DNA of 64,000 nucleotides from an uncultured bacterium (GCA_963727525.1 CAVSGO010000007.1:1189393-1253392), one strand, 5' to 3'; shown: positions 48,662 through 58,576, counted from the stretch's first letter. A program made the numbers and translations. The notes: generated by a model from the sequence alone, not told the origin.

Positions 48662-49591
48662 TCAGGTTAGCATTCCCGGCGCAGGATTGTCCACCGGCGC
48701 CGCCCGCAGCTCGTCGAGGGCACCTTGTACCAGGGCCAGGGCCGTCGCCCAGCGGCCGTGCCACAGATGCCACACGTAGTGGCCGCCGAAGTAGGCGAGC
48801 TGGCCCAGGGCGAGCGCGGGCCAGTCGCGGACCGGCCAGTGGCGGCGCAGCAGCTTGATGTGGCTGCGGCTGCGCAGGTACGCCTTCCGCGGACTGCCGA
48901 CGCCGAGGCTGGCGCTCACACGGTGCAGGATGAGCGCGCGTGGCACGTGCAGGATCTCGCCGCCCCGCTCGCGCATGCGCAGGCTGTAGTCGGCATCCTC
49001 GCCGTAGAAGTAGAAATCGGTGTCGAGCAGACCGAGCCGCTGAAGGTTCTCACGCGCGAGCAGCAAGGCGCACCCCGTGCCGTAGTCGACGAAACGCTGC
49101 TCGAGGGAGAGCTTGCCGGTGAGCTTGCGGATCCCCTCGTGGCTCACCCAGCCGCTCCAGCGGCCCACACGCCCACCGTCGTACCAGGCGCGCGCGGGGT
49201 CGTCGAAGTAGCAGATGCGCGGCGTGGCCGCCCAGGCGCGCGGCTCGGCCGCGAGCGCGGTGGTGAGCCGTTCGAGGCTGCCCTGGGGCACGCTCGTGTC
49301 GTTGTTCAGCAGGAGCACCTGGTCCTGCGGCAGCCCTTCCTCGAGCAGGCGTTGCAGGGCGAGGTTGTTGCCCGCCGCCCACCGCAGGTTGCGGTCCGAC
49401 TCGATGATCTCGACCTCGGGATGGTGCTTGCGCACGAAGGCCAGCGAGCTGTCCGTGGACGCGTTGTCGACGAGAAGCACTCGCAGATCGGGATAGCCCG
49501 CGTCCCGGAGGGAGCGCAGGCAGTCCGGCAGGACCTCGCGGCCGTTCCAGTTCACCACCACGACCACCAGGCTCGGCAGGGTATCAGACAC
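48662..49591 (-). CDS. GT2 family glycosyltransferase
   Basis: LVVVVVNWNGREVLPDCL...LLVDNASTDSS and DxD motifs. Overlaps the upstream GT2 by 8 nt. Confidence 0.8.
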   Translation of the reverse strand: MSDTLPSLVVVVVNWNGREVLPDCLRSLRDAGYPDLRVLLVDNASTDSSLAFVRKHHPEVEIIESDRNLRWAAGNNLALQRLLEEGLPQDQVLLLNNDTSVPQGSLERLTTALAAEPRAWAATPRICYFDDPARAWYDGGRVGRWSGWVSHEGIRKLTGKLSLEQRFVDYGTGCALLLARENLQRLGLLDTDFYFYGEDADYSLRMRERGGEILHVPRALILHRVSASLGVGSPRKAYLRSRSHIKLLRRHWPVRDWPALALGQLAYFGGHYVWHLWHGRWATALALVQGALDELRAAPVDNPAPGMLT

Positions 49592-50507
49592 GATCGCGCA
49601 CCCGGAACGCCTCGGTCGGCCGGCGCTGGCTGACGATCAGTTCCGCGATCAGCCCCAGGCTGATGAACTGGATGGCCATGATGACGAGCACGAGTCCGAG
49701 CACCAGCATCGGGCGCACGCGCAGCGCGTGTCCCACGAGCCAGGTGACGAGGAAGTACAGGCAGATCGCCAACCCCGCCGTCCCCGTGCCCACGCCGAGC
49801 CGGCCGAAGAAATGCAGCGGCGAGGTGCCGCGCGCGTGCAGGAACGACACGGTGAGCAGATCGAGGAAGCCGTGCAGAAAACGGTCGAGGCCATACTTGG
49901 TGACGCCGTACTTCCGCCGGTGGTGGCGCACCGGGATCTCCGTGACACGGAAGCCATCGAGATGCGCGAGCGCCGGCACGTAGCGGTGCATCTCGCCATA
50001 GAGCGGCAGCCGCTGGGTGACTTCGCGGCGGTACGCCTTGAGCCCGCAATTGAAGTCGTGCAGGGCGAGTCCGCACATCCGGCTCGTGGCCCAATTGTAA
50101 ATCTTGGAGGTGTTGTTCTTGACCCACGTGTCCTTGCGATCCTGCTTCCAGCCCGAGACGAGGTCCCAGCCCTCGTCGAGGGTGGCGAGCAAGCGCGGGA
50201 TCTCGACAGGATCGTCCTGCAGGTCGGCGTCCATGGTGACGACGATGCGCCCCTGCGCGGCAGCGAAACCCGCCGCTAGCGCCGCCGCCTTGCCATAGTT
50301 GCGCGCCAGGCGGATGCCGTGCACGTGGGAGTCGGCCGCAGCCTGGGCCTGGATCGCTTCCCAGGTGCTATCGCGCGAGCCGTCGTCAATGATCCACATC
50401 TCCCAGGCGAGGCCGGCGGCCGCCGCCACGTCGCGCACCTGCGCCACCAGTTCGGGGAGCGATTCGGCCTCGTTGAACGCGGGCACCACGATGGCGACAT
50501 CAACCAC
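49584..50507 (-). CDS. GT2 polyprenyl-phosphate glycosyltransferase (ArnC/GtrB/CsbB-like) with two C-terminal TM helices
   Basis: VAIVVPAFNEAESL...IDDGSRDST...TMDADLQDDP and a C-terminal pair of TM helices, as in Und-P-sugar synthases. Confidence 0.8.
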   Translation of the reverse strand: MVDVAIVVPAFNEAESLPELVAQVRDVAAAAGLAWEMWIIDDGSRDSTWEAIQAQAAADSHVHGIRLARNYGKAAALAAGFAAAQGRIVVTMDADLQDDPVEIPRLLATLDEGWDLVSGWKQDRKDTWVKNNTSKIYNWATSRMCGLALHDFNCGLKAYRREVTQRLPLYGEMHRYVPALAHLDGFRVTEIPVRHHRRKYGVTKYGLDRFLHGFLDLLTVSFLHARGTSPLHFFGRLGVGTGTAGLAICLYFLVTWLVGHALRVRPMLVLGLVLVIMAIQFISLGLIAELIVSQRRPTEAFRVRDRV

Positions 50508-51558
50508 CCTGACGCCTCCTGGCCACGGTCCACATGACCTCGCGTGCGATCCCCTCGGCGAACGGCACTTGCGGCGCGTATCCGATGAGCGCCTCGCCGT
50601 GCGAGCGGTCGGCGTAGGTGTGGCGGACGTCGCCCTTGGCCGTCTCGGTGTAGGCGATCTGCGCCTGGGTGTGCGGCGCGGTCTTGCGCAGAAGCGCCGC
50701 GATCAGCTCGAGCGCGTCGGCCAGCACGATGCGTGAGCCGCCGCCCACGTTGAACACCGGCCCGCCCGCCGGCGCCGCCACGCTCAGCAGATTGGCGCGC
50801 ACGGCGTCGGTGACGTAGGTGAAATCGCGCGTCTGCCGGCCATCGCCATACACGCGGAAGGGCCGTCCGTCGAGCGCCGCCTCGCAGAACTTGCGGAAGG
50901 CCATGTCGGGCCGTTGCCGCGGGCCGTACACCGTGAAGTATCGCAGACTCGCCGTCGGAACCTGGAAACCCTCGGCGTACAGCACGCAGAGATGCTCGGC
51001 CGCCAGCTTGCTCACGCCGTAAGGGGAGCGCGGCATGGGCAGCATGTCCTCCGTCACAGGATACTGCGGCTGGTCGCCGTACACGGAACTGGAGCTTGAG
51101 TAGACGAGGCGCGCGAGGTCGCCGCCCACACGCGGATCGCGGCAAGCTTCGAGTAGCCGCTGGGTCGCCAGCACGTTCCAGTCGAGGTAGTGAGTGAACT
51201 CGCGTCCCCAGCTCGCCCTCACGCCCGCCTGCGCGGCCAGATGGAAACAGGCGCGAGCGCCGGCCAGGAGGTCGACCGCATCGAGGTCGTTCAGATCGCG
51301 TTCCAGGAACGTGAACCGCGGATGGGCCTGGGCCGTGCCCAGGTTCTCGCGCTTGAGGGCCGGATCGTAGTAGTCGGTAAGCCGGTCGACGCCCACCACG
51401 TCGCATTCCAGCGCGAGGAGGGCCTCCGTGAGGTGGCTGCCGATGAAGCCCGCGCACCCCGTGACGACCACGCGGGCGCCCGGCGCAAGGATATCGCGCA
51501 CGGCCGCGGGCAAGTCGGCCGTGAGGGCTGACCAGTCATGCTCCCAGGCCGCGCTCAC
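50500..51558 (-). CDS. NAD-dependent epimerase/dehydratase (UDP-sugar 4-epimerase-like)
   Basis: VVVTGCAGFIGSHL Rossmann motif and SSSSVYG...YGVSK (YxxxK) catalytic motifs. GTG at 51558 overlaps the DUF2723 gene stop (GTGA). Confidence 0.8.
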   Translation of the reverse strand: MSAAWEHDWSALTADLPAAVRDILAPGARVVVTGCAGFIGSHLTEALLALECDVVGVDRLTDYYDPALKRENLGTAQAHPRFTFLERDLNDLDAVDLLAGARACFHLAAQAGVRASWGREFTHYLDWNVLATQRLLEACRDPRVGGDLARLVYSSSSSVYGDQPQYPVTEDMLPMPRSPYGVSKLAAEHLCVLYAEGFQVPTASLRYFTVYGPRQRPDMAFRKFCEAALDGRPFRVYGDGRQTRDFTYVTDAVRANLLSVAAPAGGPVFNVGGGSRIVLADALELIAALLRKTAPHTQAQIAYTETAKGDVRHTYADRSHGEALIGYAPQVPFAEGIAREVMWTVARRRQGG

Positions 51559-54500
51559 TGACCGCCTCCCTGGATGGTCTCCTTCATGCGGCTGTTCTCC
51601 TGATCGCGCGCCTTCGCGTCGAGCTTCTGCATGCGGTCGCGCAGCGTGGGATCGGGCTTGCCGGTCGCCGTCTCGTACCGCGTCACGAGGTCGCGGCATT
51701 TGCCGACCTCGCCTGCCGACTCGTACACGCGAAAGAGCAGATCATAGGCGAACGTCCACTGCGGTGCACGGTCGATCTGCTGTTCGAGCCAGGCGGCTGC
51801 CTGGTCGGCGCGGTCAAGGCCGAGCAGACCGCGCACGCCCGCCAGGATGGCCTGCTCCTCGATGGCCGGATCGATGCGGCCGTGCAGCGACTCGAGGAAC
51901 GCGAGCGCCTTGGCGATCTGGCCATGTTCCATCAGCAACGCCGGGTAATAGCCGGTGGCGACGAGCGCGTTGGTCGGATCGAAGCGTAACGCCAGTTCGT
52001 AGCAGGTCAGGGCGCGGTCCGTGAGGTGGTCGTACGCCGTGGTATCGGCCGCGGCGAGATCGCCGTTGCTGGTACGCAGCTCCTCTGAATCCCGCAGGTA
52101 ATCGAAGCCGGCGCGTGCGATCGAGACCGGGTAGTTGCCCAGGAGGTTCAACGTATTGGCGTCGCGATAGACGTCGGTGCGGTCGTGACCGACCAGCTCC
52201 AGGACCGGCGCGAGGTCGAGCCGCGTCGGCAGGCCGTACTTCTCCAGGTTCAGCGCCGGCGGCGTATCGCTCTGCCAGCCGACAGCCTCGGCGAAGCGCT
52301 GGTGCCGGGGTGCGTCGTCACCCGTGAGCAGTGCGCTCAGCTCGTACGCGCCCAGGACGTTGGCGAGCAGGCGCTCGCCATCGGTGGTGGGCAGGTTGTC
52401 CGGCGACTTGGTCTCGAGGAGCCGGTACGCCAGCCCTTCCATCTGCAGGAAGGGGAAGTAGGTGGCCATGTTCTCGCGCGGGATGGTCACGGCGAAGAAC
52501 ACGGGCCGTGGGTGCGCCGACCTGCGATTCGTGTCGACCACGTCCTGGACCACGTAGTCGCGCACGTAGACATAGGTGATGTTGCCGGTGTCCGCGTCGC
52601 GCAAGGCACGTGGCCGCAGCGCCTCGACCTGCGCCTTGGTGAAGCTGAGCGGGATACCGGGATTCCTGCCGCGGAGCTGCTCCACGTACCACGGCAGGTT
52701 GACCAGCGAGAGGTTCACCACGGTCACGTCGCGCCGGAAGTGCTCCACCTCCTGCAGGTACCAGATCGGGAAGGTGTCGTTGTCGCCGTTGGTGAAGACG
52801 ATCGCGTTCTCGTCGAGGCCGGCCAGGATGTTGTACGCGTACTGGTAGGGGATGCGGTTCTCGTGCCGGTCGTGCTCGAACCACTTCACATGGTGCGGCT
52901 GGATGAGCGGCAGCGCGGCAATGAGCACGAGCAAGGCGGCCGCCACCTTCGCCAGCACTCCAGTGGGCACGGCACGCACGGCCGCCACGGGCGCCAGGCG
53001 CCGCGGCATGCCCCGTTGCTCGCCATAGGCGAGCAACGCGCCGCCGAGCACCGCCCCGTAGCACACCATGACGAAGAGCCGATCTTGCCCCGCGGCGAAG
53101 AGCGAGAGCATGAGCCCTCCGACCACCATCAACGCGATGAACATGAGTCCGAGTCCGAGCCGCGCGCCCCAGGAGCGCGCATTCCAGGCCGCCGGCGGCG
53201 GGGCGGCCGCGCGACCTCGCGCCGGTTCGCCAGGCCGGTCGATGAAGCGGCAGAGAAAAAGTCCCAGGAACGGGCCGCCGAAGAGGATGAATGGCAGCAC
53301 GCCCGGACGCGCGCCGGCGGGCGTGAAGACGAGCAGCACCATCGCCACGATGAACGCCGCACCCCAGCGCAACAGGAATCCCCGCGGCAGGAACGGACGC
53401 GCCGGCGGCGGCGGGTTGGCCTCGCGCTCGAGCTGGCCCAGGCTCGGTCCCTCGGGACCGGCGGTGAAACGCAGCAGGGCGGCCACCCCCAGTCCGATGA
53501 ATACCGCGTAATACATGAAGGCCGCGAAGTAGAAATAGTCGCGTGCGCGGACCTCGTGGTCCGTGAAGTTGAGGTACAGCGTCAACAGATCGGCGTTCAC
53601 GAGATACAGCGCCACCAGCATCCACAGCACGGGGCGCGCACGACGCACGCCGTTGACCAGCCCCAGGAGCCCCAGCGCGATGGGCCCGATGAGGGTGCCC
53701 AGGAACGCCGCCATCCCGTGCTTCTGCGACAGGAAGACGAACTGCTGCATGAGGAAGTCGTAGTAGTAGCGGAACTGGAAGCTCAGCGGCGCCTGGCGCT
53801 GGAGCGGATTGAGCGCCGGGTACTGCTCGCGGCGCAGCACCGAGAGCAGGGTCTTGAAGTTGTCCGGCGTCGTCTGGTTGATCGCCGGCTCGGGATGCGC
53901 TCCGGCGCGGATGATCATCATCAGGTGCACCGACAGGCCCGCCACGAAGAGCAGCAGGGCGAGCAGCGCCAGCGGCCGCCGAGCCATGGCCCGCGCGACA
54001 CACGCCAGCGTGTAGACGATGATCAGCGCCAGCAGGATGCCACCATTCGTGACGAAGGTGGTCGAGGCCAGGAACAGCGCCAGCCCCACCGACACGAGCA
54101 TGAGGTCGAGGACCGGAAGCTGACGATCAGTGGTCATCCAGATCAGCAAGAAGATGCCCGGGTAGGCCAGCAACGACCCCAGGTGGAAACCGACGCCGAG
54201 GCCGAAGAGGTAGATGAGCAGCAGCAGCAGCCAGTTGCTACGCTCCTCCGTTCGGGTCTCGTACCAGCGCAGTCCGAGCCAGGTGAGCAGCGCCATCATG
54301 AAGCCGGCGAGACCATAGACCTCGGCCTCGATGGCATTGTTCCAGAACGTTTCCGAGAACGTCAGGAAGAGCGCCCCTACCACGCCGCCGGCGATGGCGA
54401 TCCAGCCGCTGTCGGGATCGACCCGCCGCGCCAAGCGCACGATCACGAGGTAGCTCAGCATCACGGCGAGCGCGCTGAAGAACGCACTCATCCAGTTCAC

Positions 54501-54755
54501 CGCGGCGGCGGTACGCGTGGACGCTGTCGTGGTGTCGGCTTGCCCCAGGACGCAATCAAATACGCGGCCCACAAGCACGTAGAGCGGCGTGCCCGGCTGG
54601 TGCGGGATGCCGACGATATGGCTAGTCGTGATGTACTCGGCGCAATCCCAGAAGCTGATGGTCGGCGCCATGGTGGCGGTGTAGACACCCAGGGCAAGCA
54701 GGAAGACGCCGCCCGCCACGAGGTTCCCCGGGCGCAGGTACCACTTGCGGTCCAA
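51555..54755 (-). CDS. DUF2723 / TMEM260-like GT-C membrane glycosyltransferase with C-terminal TPR repeats (1066 aa)
   Basis: The N-terminal hallmark SFWDCAEYITTSHIVGIPHQPGTPLYVL matches the DUF2723 WDsGEf...GiPHpPGyPL motif. At least 12 TM helices are followed by a large C-terminal soluble region with TPR-like repeats (…YYPALLMEHGQIAKALAFLESL…). TTG start at 54755. Confidence 0.75.
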   Translation of the reverse strand: MDRKWYLRPGNLVAGGVFLLALGVYTATMAPTISFWDCAEYITTSHIVGIPHQPGTPLYVLVGRVFDCVLGQADTTTASTRTAAAVNWMSAFFSALAVMLSYLVIVRLARRVDPDSGWIAIAGGVVGALFLTFSETFWNNAIEAEVYGLAGFMMALLTWLGLRWYETRTEERSNWLLLLLIYLFGLGVGFHLGSLLAYPGIFLLIWMTTDRQLPVLDLMLVSVGLALFLASTTFVTNGGILLALIIVYTLACVARAMARRPLALLALLLFVAGLSVHLMMIIRAGAHPEPAINQTTPDNFKTLLSVLRREQYPALNPLQRQAPLSFQFRYYYDFLMQQFVFLSQKHGMAAFLGTLIGPIALGLLGLVNGVRRARPVLWMLVALYLVNADLLTLYLNFTDHEVRARDYFYFAAFMYYAVFIGLGVAALLRFTAGPEGPSLGQLEREANPPPPARPFLPRGFLLRWGAAFIVAMVLLVFTPAGARPGVLPFILFGGPFLGLFLCRFIDRPGEPARGRAAAPPPAAWNARSWGARLGLGLMFIALMVVGGLMLSLFAAGQDRLFVMVCYGAVLGGALLAYGEQRGMPRRLAPVAAVRAVPTGVLAKVAAALLVLIAALPLIQPHHVKWFEHDRHENRIPYQYAYNILAGLDENAIVFTNGDNDTFPIWYLQEVEHFRRDVTVVNLSLVNLPWYVEQLRGRNPGIPLSFTKAQVEALRPRALRDADTGNITYVYVRDYVVQDVVDTNRRSAHPRPVFFAVTIPRENMATYFPFLQMEGLAYRLLETKSPDNLPTTDGERLLANVLGAYELSALLTGDDAPRHQRFAEAVGWQSDTPPALNLEKYGLPTRLDLAPVLELVGHDRTDVYRDANTLNLLGNYPVSIARAGFDYLRDSEELRTSNGDLAAADTTAYDHLTDRALTCYELALRFDPTNALVATGYYPALLMEHGQIAKALAFLESLHGRIDPAIEEQAILAGVRGLLGLDRADQAAAWLEQQIDRAPQWTFAYDLLFRVYESAGEVGKCRDLVTRYETATGKPDPTLRDRMQKLDAKARDQENSRMKETIQGGGQ

Positions 54756-54835
54756 ACTGTCCCCTTACGTAAGCGGAATGAATACGCGCACTTCAGGCCG
54801 CAGAAGGTAACACACGGTCAAATGGGCGACAACCC

Positions 54836-55804
54836 TCAACCCCTGACGGTGGCGTCGGTTCCCGCCGGGCGGCGGCTCCAGAACACGACCCCTCCCACGA
54901 GGCTGAACGCCACCATCACCAGGAAGGCCATCATCTCCATGGCCACCACGGCGCGCGGTTCGAGCCCCGACCAGGGCAACAGGTAGGCCGACACGGTCTC
55001 GCGCAGCCCGATACCATTGATCGTCACCGGCAGTGTGAGGCTGATGGCCAGCATCGGCACCAGAACGAAGAGCTGCAGCACCTGAGCGCCCGCGAGCGAC
55101 AGATGGAGGCCCCAGGCCACGGCCAGGTGCGTGACGATGCGCAGGGCCTGCACGACCAGGCTGTAGGCAAAGAGCCGCGCGAGGAGGCGCGGGCGCCGGC
55201 GGAAGGCCTGGAAATCGGCCACCACCATCGCCAGTTGCTCGGCCAGCGTGGGCATCCGCAACCGCCGGAGCCAGCCGGGCAACCGCGTACCCAGACGCCG
55301 CGACAGCAGGGCGGCGACCGCGCCACCCAGGACCAGCAGCACCCCGCCGAGCAGCCACGTCACCGGCGGCAACGGGATCCCGGCCCCCACGGCGACCGCG
55401 ACGGCGACCACCGCCACCATCGTCAGGGCGCTCAGGCCGAGCAGCCGATCCAGGAGCGTGGCGGCGAAGACCTTCGCCGCATCCTGCTCCCGGCGACCGA
55501 GATCGACGACCTTGTAGATGTCGCCGCCCACGTTGGCAGGCAGGAAGTTGTTGAAGAACAGCCCCACCAGGTACAGCCGCACACACACGCGCATGCGGGT
55601 GCCGAGGCCGGCGGCATGCAGCAACCAGCCCCATTGCAGCGCGCCCCCGATCGCGGAGAGCCCGTAGACCGCGAGAGCCACCGCCAGCCACCCCCACATC
55701 GGCTGGCGCAGCGCGGCCTGGATCTCGGCCAGCGGCTGGCGCGAGAGCAACCAGGCCAGCAGGGCGAGACTGACGACGATCTTCGCCAGCTGCTTCGCGG
55801 TCAC
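54836..55804 (-). CDS. LPG-synthase-TM-like / flippase-like membrane protein (UPF0104)
   Basis: 8-TM protein with GLFFNNFLPANVGGD motif typical of the lysyl-PG-synthase TM/flippase-like family. GTG at 55804 overlaps the GT4 stop (GTGA). Confidence 0.6.
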   Translation of the reverse strand: MTAKQLAKIVVSLALLAWLLSRQPLAEIQAALRQPMWGWLAVALAVYGLSAIGGALQWGWLLHAAGLGTRMRVCVRLYLVGLFFNNFLPANVGGDIYKVVDLGRREQDAAKVFAATLLDRLLGLSALTMVAVVAVAVAVGAGIPLPPVTWLLGGVLLVLGGAVAALLSRRLGTRLPGWLRRLRMPTLAEQLAMVVADFQAFRRRPRLLARLFAYSLVVQALRIVTHLAVAWGLHLSLAGAQVLQLFVLVPMLAISLTLPVTINGIGLRETVSAYLLPWSGLEPRAVVAMEMMAFLVMVAFSLVGGVVFWSRRPAGTDATVRG

Positions 55805-56922
55805 CGTTGCGCTCCGATCGCCACCCGCGCGAAGAGGTCGAGCGATTCACGCACGCACGTCGGCCACGCGAAGCTCGCAGCCCATACCCGCGCGGCGTCG
55901 CTGTAGCAGGCCCAGAGGTCGCGATCGTGCAGCAGGCTCAGCGCAGCGTGAGCCATGGCCTCGGCATCGCCGTAGGGCACGAGGATCCCGGTCTGCCCGT
56001 CGCGCACGGAGTCGCGCAGGCCGGGCCGGTCGCTCGCCACCACGGGCAAGCCGCACTGGTTGGCCTCCACCACCGTCAATCCCCACCCCTCCTTGGGGCT
56101 GGGGTTCAGGCACACGTGAGCCCGGTGCAGGGTGCGCACCAGCTCGTCCCAGGGCAGGTGGCCGGTGAAGGTGACGGCATCGGTCAGGCCGACCCGCGCC
56201 ACGAGCCGGCGCAGCCGCGGCTCGTCCGGTCCGCGCCCCATGACGATCAGGTTCGCTTCCGGCAGCTCTTCTCGGATGTGCGCGAAGGCACGGATCGCCA
56301 CGTCGTTGCTCTTGTAGCGTCGCAGCCGCGACCAGCACACCACCAGCGGCGTCTCGGTGCGCGGCGGCGGGTCGTCGAGGGCAAAGCGCTCGTGCGCGAG
56401 ACCGCAGTGGATCACGGCGATGCGCTCGCGCGCGACGCCGCGCCGCGCGAGATCGTCGGCAGTGGACTGACTGATGACCTCGAATGTCGCGTGCCGGTAG
56501 ACCAGCGGAATCGGCCACTCGCCGGCCCACACGTAGGTGGCAACCAGGGGGTTGGTCTCGCGGTACACCGTCCGCCCGAAGAGGTGCGGCACGATGACCA
56601 GCACCGGTACCTTGCCCGCATAGAGCGGCGTGTAGAACGGGATCTTGTTGATGTCCTCGACGACGAGATCCCAGCTCTCCTCGCGCAGGCGCCGACGCAC
56701 TACGGCCGGCAGCAGGATATTCGCGAAGCGCCAGTCGCCGTGGCGCCGCACCCGGACGCCGTCGAGCATATCGGTGGCCGGCGCGCCGGCATAGGCCGCG
56801 CAAATAAGTTCCACCTCGTGACCGTGGGCTGCCGCACCGCTGAGCAGGTGGTGCAGATGCTGCTCCGCGCCACCGCCGAGAGGGTCGCCGATGTCGCGCC
56901 AGTTCACCGCGAGGATCCTCAC
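55801..56922 (-). CDS. GT4 family glycosyltransferase (Glycos_transf_1)
   Basis: VRILAVNW...GGAEQHLHHLL N-domain and C-terminal EGWGLTVVEANQCGLPVVASD (EX7E-type). GTG at 56922 overlaps the methyltransferase stop (GTGA). Confidence 0.8.
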   Translation of the reverse strand: MRILAVNWRDIGDPLGGGAEQHLHHLLSGAAAHGHEVELICAAYAGAPATDMLDGVRVRRHGDWRFANILLPAVVRRRLREESWDLVVEDINKIPFYTPLYAGKVPVLVIVPHLFGRTVYRETNPLVATYVWAGEWPIPLVYRHATFEVISQSTADDLARRGVARERIAVIHCGLAHERFALDDPPPRTETPLVVCWSRLRRYKSNDVAIRAFAHIREELPEANLIVMGRGPDEPRLRRLVARVGLTDAVTFTGHLPWDELVRTLHRAHVCLNPSPKEGWGLTVVEANQCGLPVVASDRPGLRDSVRDGQTGILVPYGDAEAMAHAALSLLHDRDLWACYSDAARVWAASFAWPTCVRESLDLFARVAIGAQR

Positions 56923-57680
56923 GGCTTGCGCCCCACGACGCCGATGGTGGGGGTGGTATACAGCGCCAGGCGACGTCGGCCGAACCAGTCGCGCCAGCCC
57001 TGGCCCAGGGTACCGAAGGGGCGCATGGGGAGCCGGGCGCCCGTGCGCGTGAGCACGACCTTTCGCAACGCGCGGTACCAGAGCCCCGGGACCATCCAGT
57101 CGCCGTAGCTTCGCTGCGGCACCAGGCCGGCCTGGCGCACCAGAGACTCCAGCTCGTCGATCGTGAACTGCGTCTCCCAGCCCGCAAACCACTTGCCCAG
57201 GGCGATGAGGACCTGCTTGCCCACGGTGTAGTAGTGGAACGTCTGCGGCACGTCCACCACGAGCACGCCGCCATCGCGCAGGACCCGCACGTTCTCGCGC
57301 AACAGCGGCAAGGGGTCGCGAAAGTGCTCGAGCAGGCCCTGATGGAAGACCACGTCGAAGGTGCCGTCGGGAAAGGGCATGGCCAGGCCGTCGCCACACA
57401 CCGGCGCCACGGGTGCCGACGCCGTCCGGGCCGCCTGCTGGGTCAAAAGTAGCGAGCCAGGCACGTAATCGAGGGTGATGATCTCGGCGCCGGCGGCTGC
57501 CAGGGTGACGGCGTCGCGCCCCGTACCCGCGCCGACCTCGAGCACGCGCTTGCCGCGCAGGTCGCCCAGCGCGGTGATCTCGCGCACGAGGCGACCGTCG
57601 TTGCCGTAGACGTCGTCCAGGCCGTGCGCATCGGCTTGCTCCCAGAACTGCTGCCAGTGCCGCGGCGTCGATTCCCTCAC
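56919..57680 (-). CDS. Class I SAM-dependent methyltransferase
   Basis: Motif I VLEVGAGTGRD and post-I/II motifs (DVVFHQGLLEH...LRDGGVLVV). GTG at 57680 overlaps the nusB stop (GTGA). Confidence 0.75.
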   Translation of the reverse strand: MRESTPRHWQQFWEQADAHGLDDVYGNDGRLVREITALGDLRGKRVLEVGAGTGRDAVTLAAAGAEIITLDYVPGSLLLTQQAARTASAPVAPVCGDGLAMPFPDGTFDVVFHQGLLEHFRDPLPLLRENVRVLRDGGVLVVDVPQTFHYYTVGKQVLIALGKWFAGWETQFTIDELESLVRQAGLVPQRSYGDWMVPGLWYRALRKVVLTRTGARLPMRPFGTLGQGWRDWFGRRRLALYTTPTIGVVGRKP

Positions 57681-58090
57681 GGCTTCAGCCCCGCCGCCGC
57701 CCGGTCGAGCACGCCGTTCACGAACCCCACCGCGTGCTCGTCGCAGAACAAGCGTGCAAGCTCGCAAGCCTCGTTGATGGCCACCTTGTACGGCACCTCG
57801 GGGCTGTGATGCAGCTCCGTGATGGCCAGCGTGAGGATGAGCCGTTCAAGCAGCCCGACCCGTTCGAGGTCCCAGTTCGCGAGCAACGGCGCGATCTCGC
57901 GCTCGTGGGCCGCGCCGTGATTGATGACCTTGCGCACGAGCTCGCGGGCGAAGTCGCTGGTCTCGTCGTTCGATTCGCGGCGGTCCAGCTGATCATCGAG
58001 GCACTGGAGCAGCCCCCCGCCGCTCACGCGGGAGGCGTACATGGCCTGCAGAACGATCGCGCGCCCCTTGCTGCGTTTGCCCACGGTCAC
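57677..58090 (-). CDS. nusB: Transcription antitermination factor NusB
   Basis: RSKGRAIVLQAMYA...W...R....ERLIL..A..EL all-helical NusB signature. GTG at 58090 overlaps the ribH stop (GTGA). Confidence 0.85.
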   Translation of the reverse strand: MTVGKRSKGRAIVLQAMYASRVSGGGLLQCLDDQLDRRESNDETSDFARELVRKVINHGAAHEREIAPLLANWDLERVGLLERLILTLAITELHHSPEVPYKVAINEACELARLFCDEHAVGFVNGVLDRAAAGLKP

Positions 58091-58560
58091 CCCTTGTCGA
58101 TGGTGGCGTAGAGATCGATCATCTCGAGGGCGGTCATGGCCGCATCGAACCCCTTGTTGCCCGCCTTGGTTCCGGCCCGCTCGATCGCCTGGTCGAGAGT
58201 CTCGGCGGTGACGACACCGTAGACGACCGGGATGCTCGCTTCCAACCCCACCTGCGCGACGCCCTTCGTCAGCTCGTTGCTGATGTAGTGCCAATGGGGC
58301 GTGTCGCCCTGGATGACGCAACCCACGCAGATGACCGCCGCATACCGGCCGCTGCCGGCGAAGCGTTTGGCCACCGGCGGGATCTCGAAACCTCCAGGCA
58401 CCCACGCCAGGTCCACCTGGTCGTCGCTCACACCGTGGCGGCGCAGGCAGTCGCGCGCGCCGTCCACCAGCTCGCTGGTGAAGAAATCGTTGAAGCGGCT
58501 GGCGACGATGGCGATCTTCTGCCCACGCGCATCGAAGCGTCCCTCGTACGTCTTGCCCAT
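58087..58560 (-). CDS. ribH: 6,7-dimethyl-8-ribityllumazine synthase
   Basis: KIAIVASRFN...GGFEIP...AVI.LG.VI.G.T.H lumazine synthase motifs. Confidence 0.95.
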   Translation of the reverse strand: MGKTYEGRFDARGQKIAIVASRFNDFFTSELVDGARDCLRRHGVSDDQVDLAWVPGGFEIPPVAKRFAGSGRYAAVICVGCVIQGDTPHWHYISNELTKGVAQVGLEASIPVVYGVVTAETLDQAIERAGTKAGNKGFDAAMTALEMIDLYATIDKG

Positions 58561-58576
58561 GTCTCCTCCTGTGCGA

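Noticed and set aside
52185-54986. 933-aa plus-strand ORF spanning the DUF2723 gene (antisense), and 52318..54003 (same-strand, alternative frame)
   Set aside because: No domain content and His/Arg/Glu/Gln low-complexity translation. The DUF2723 frame has TM periodicity and conserved motifs; the others are GC-driven open frames.
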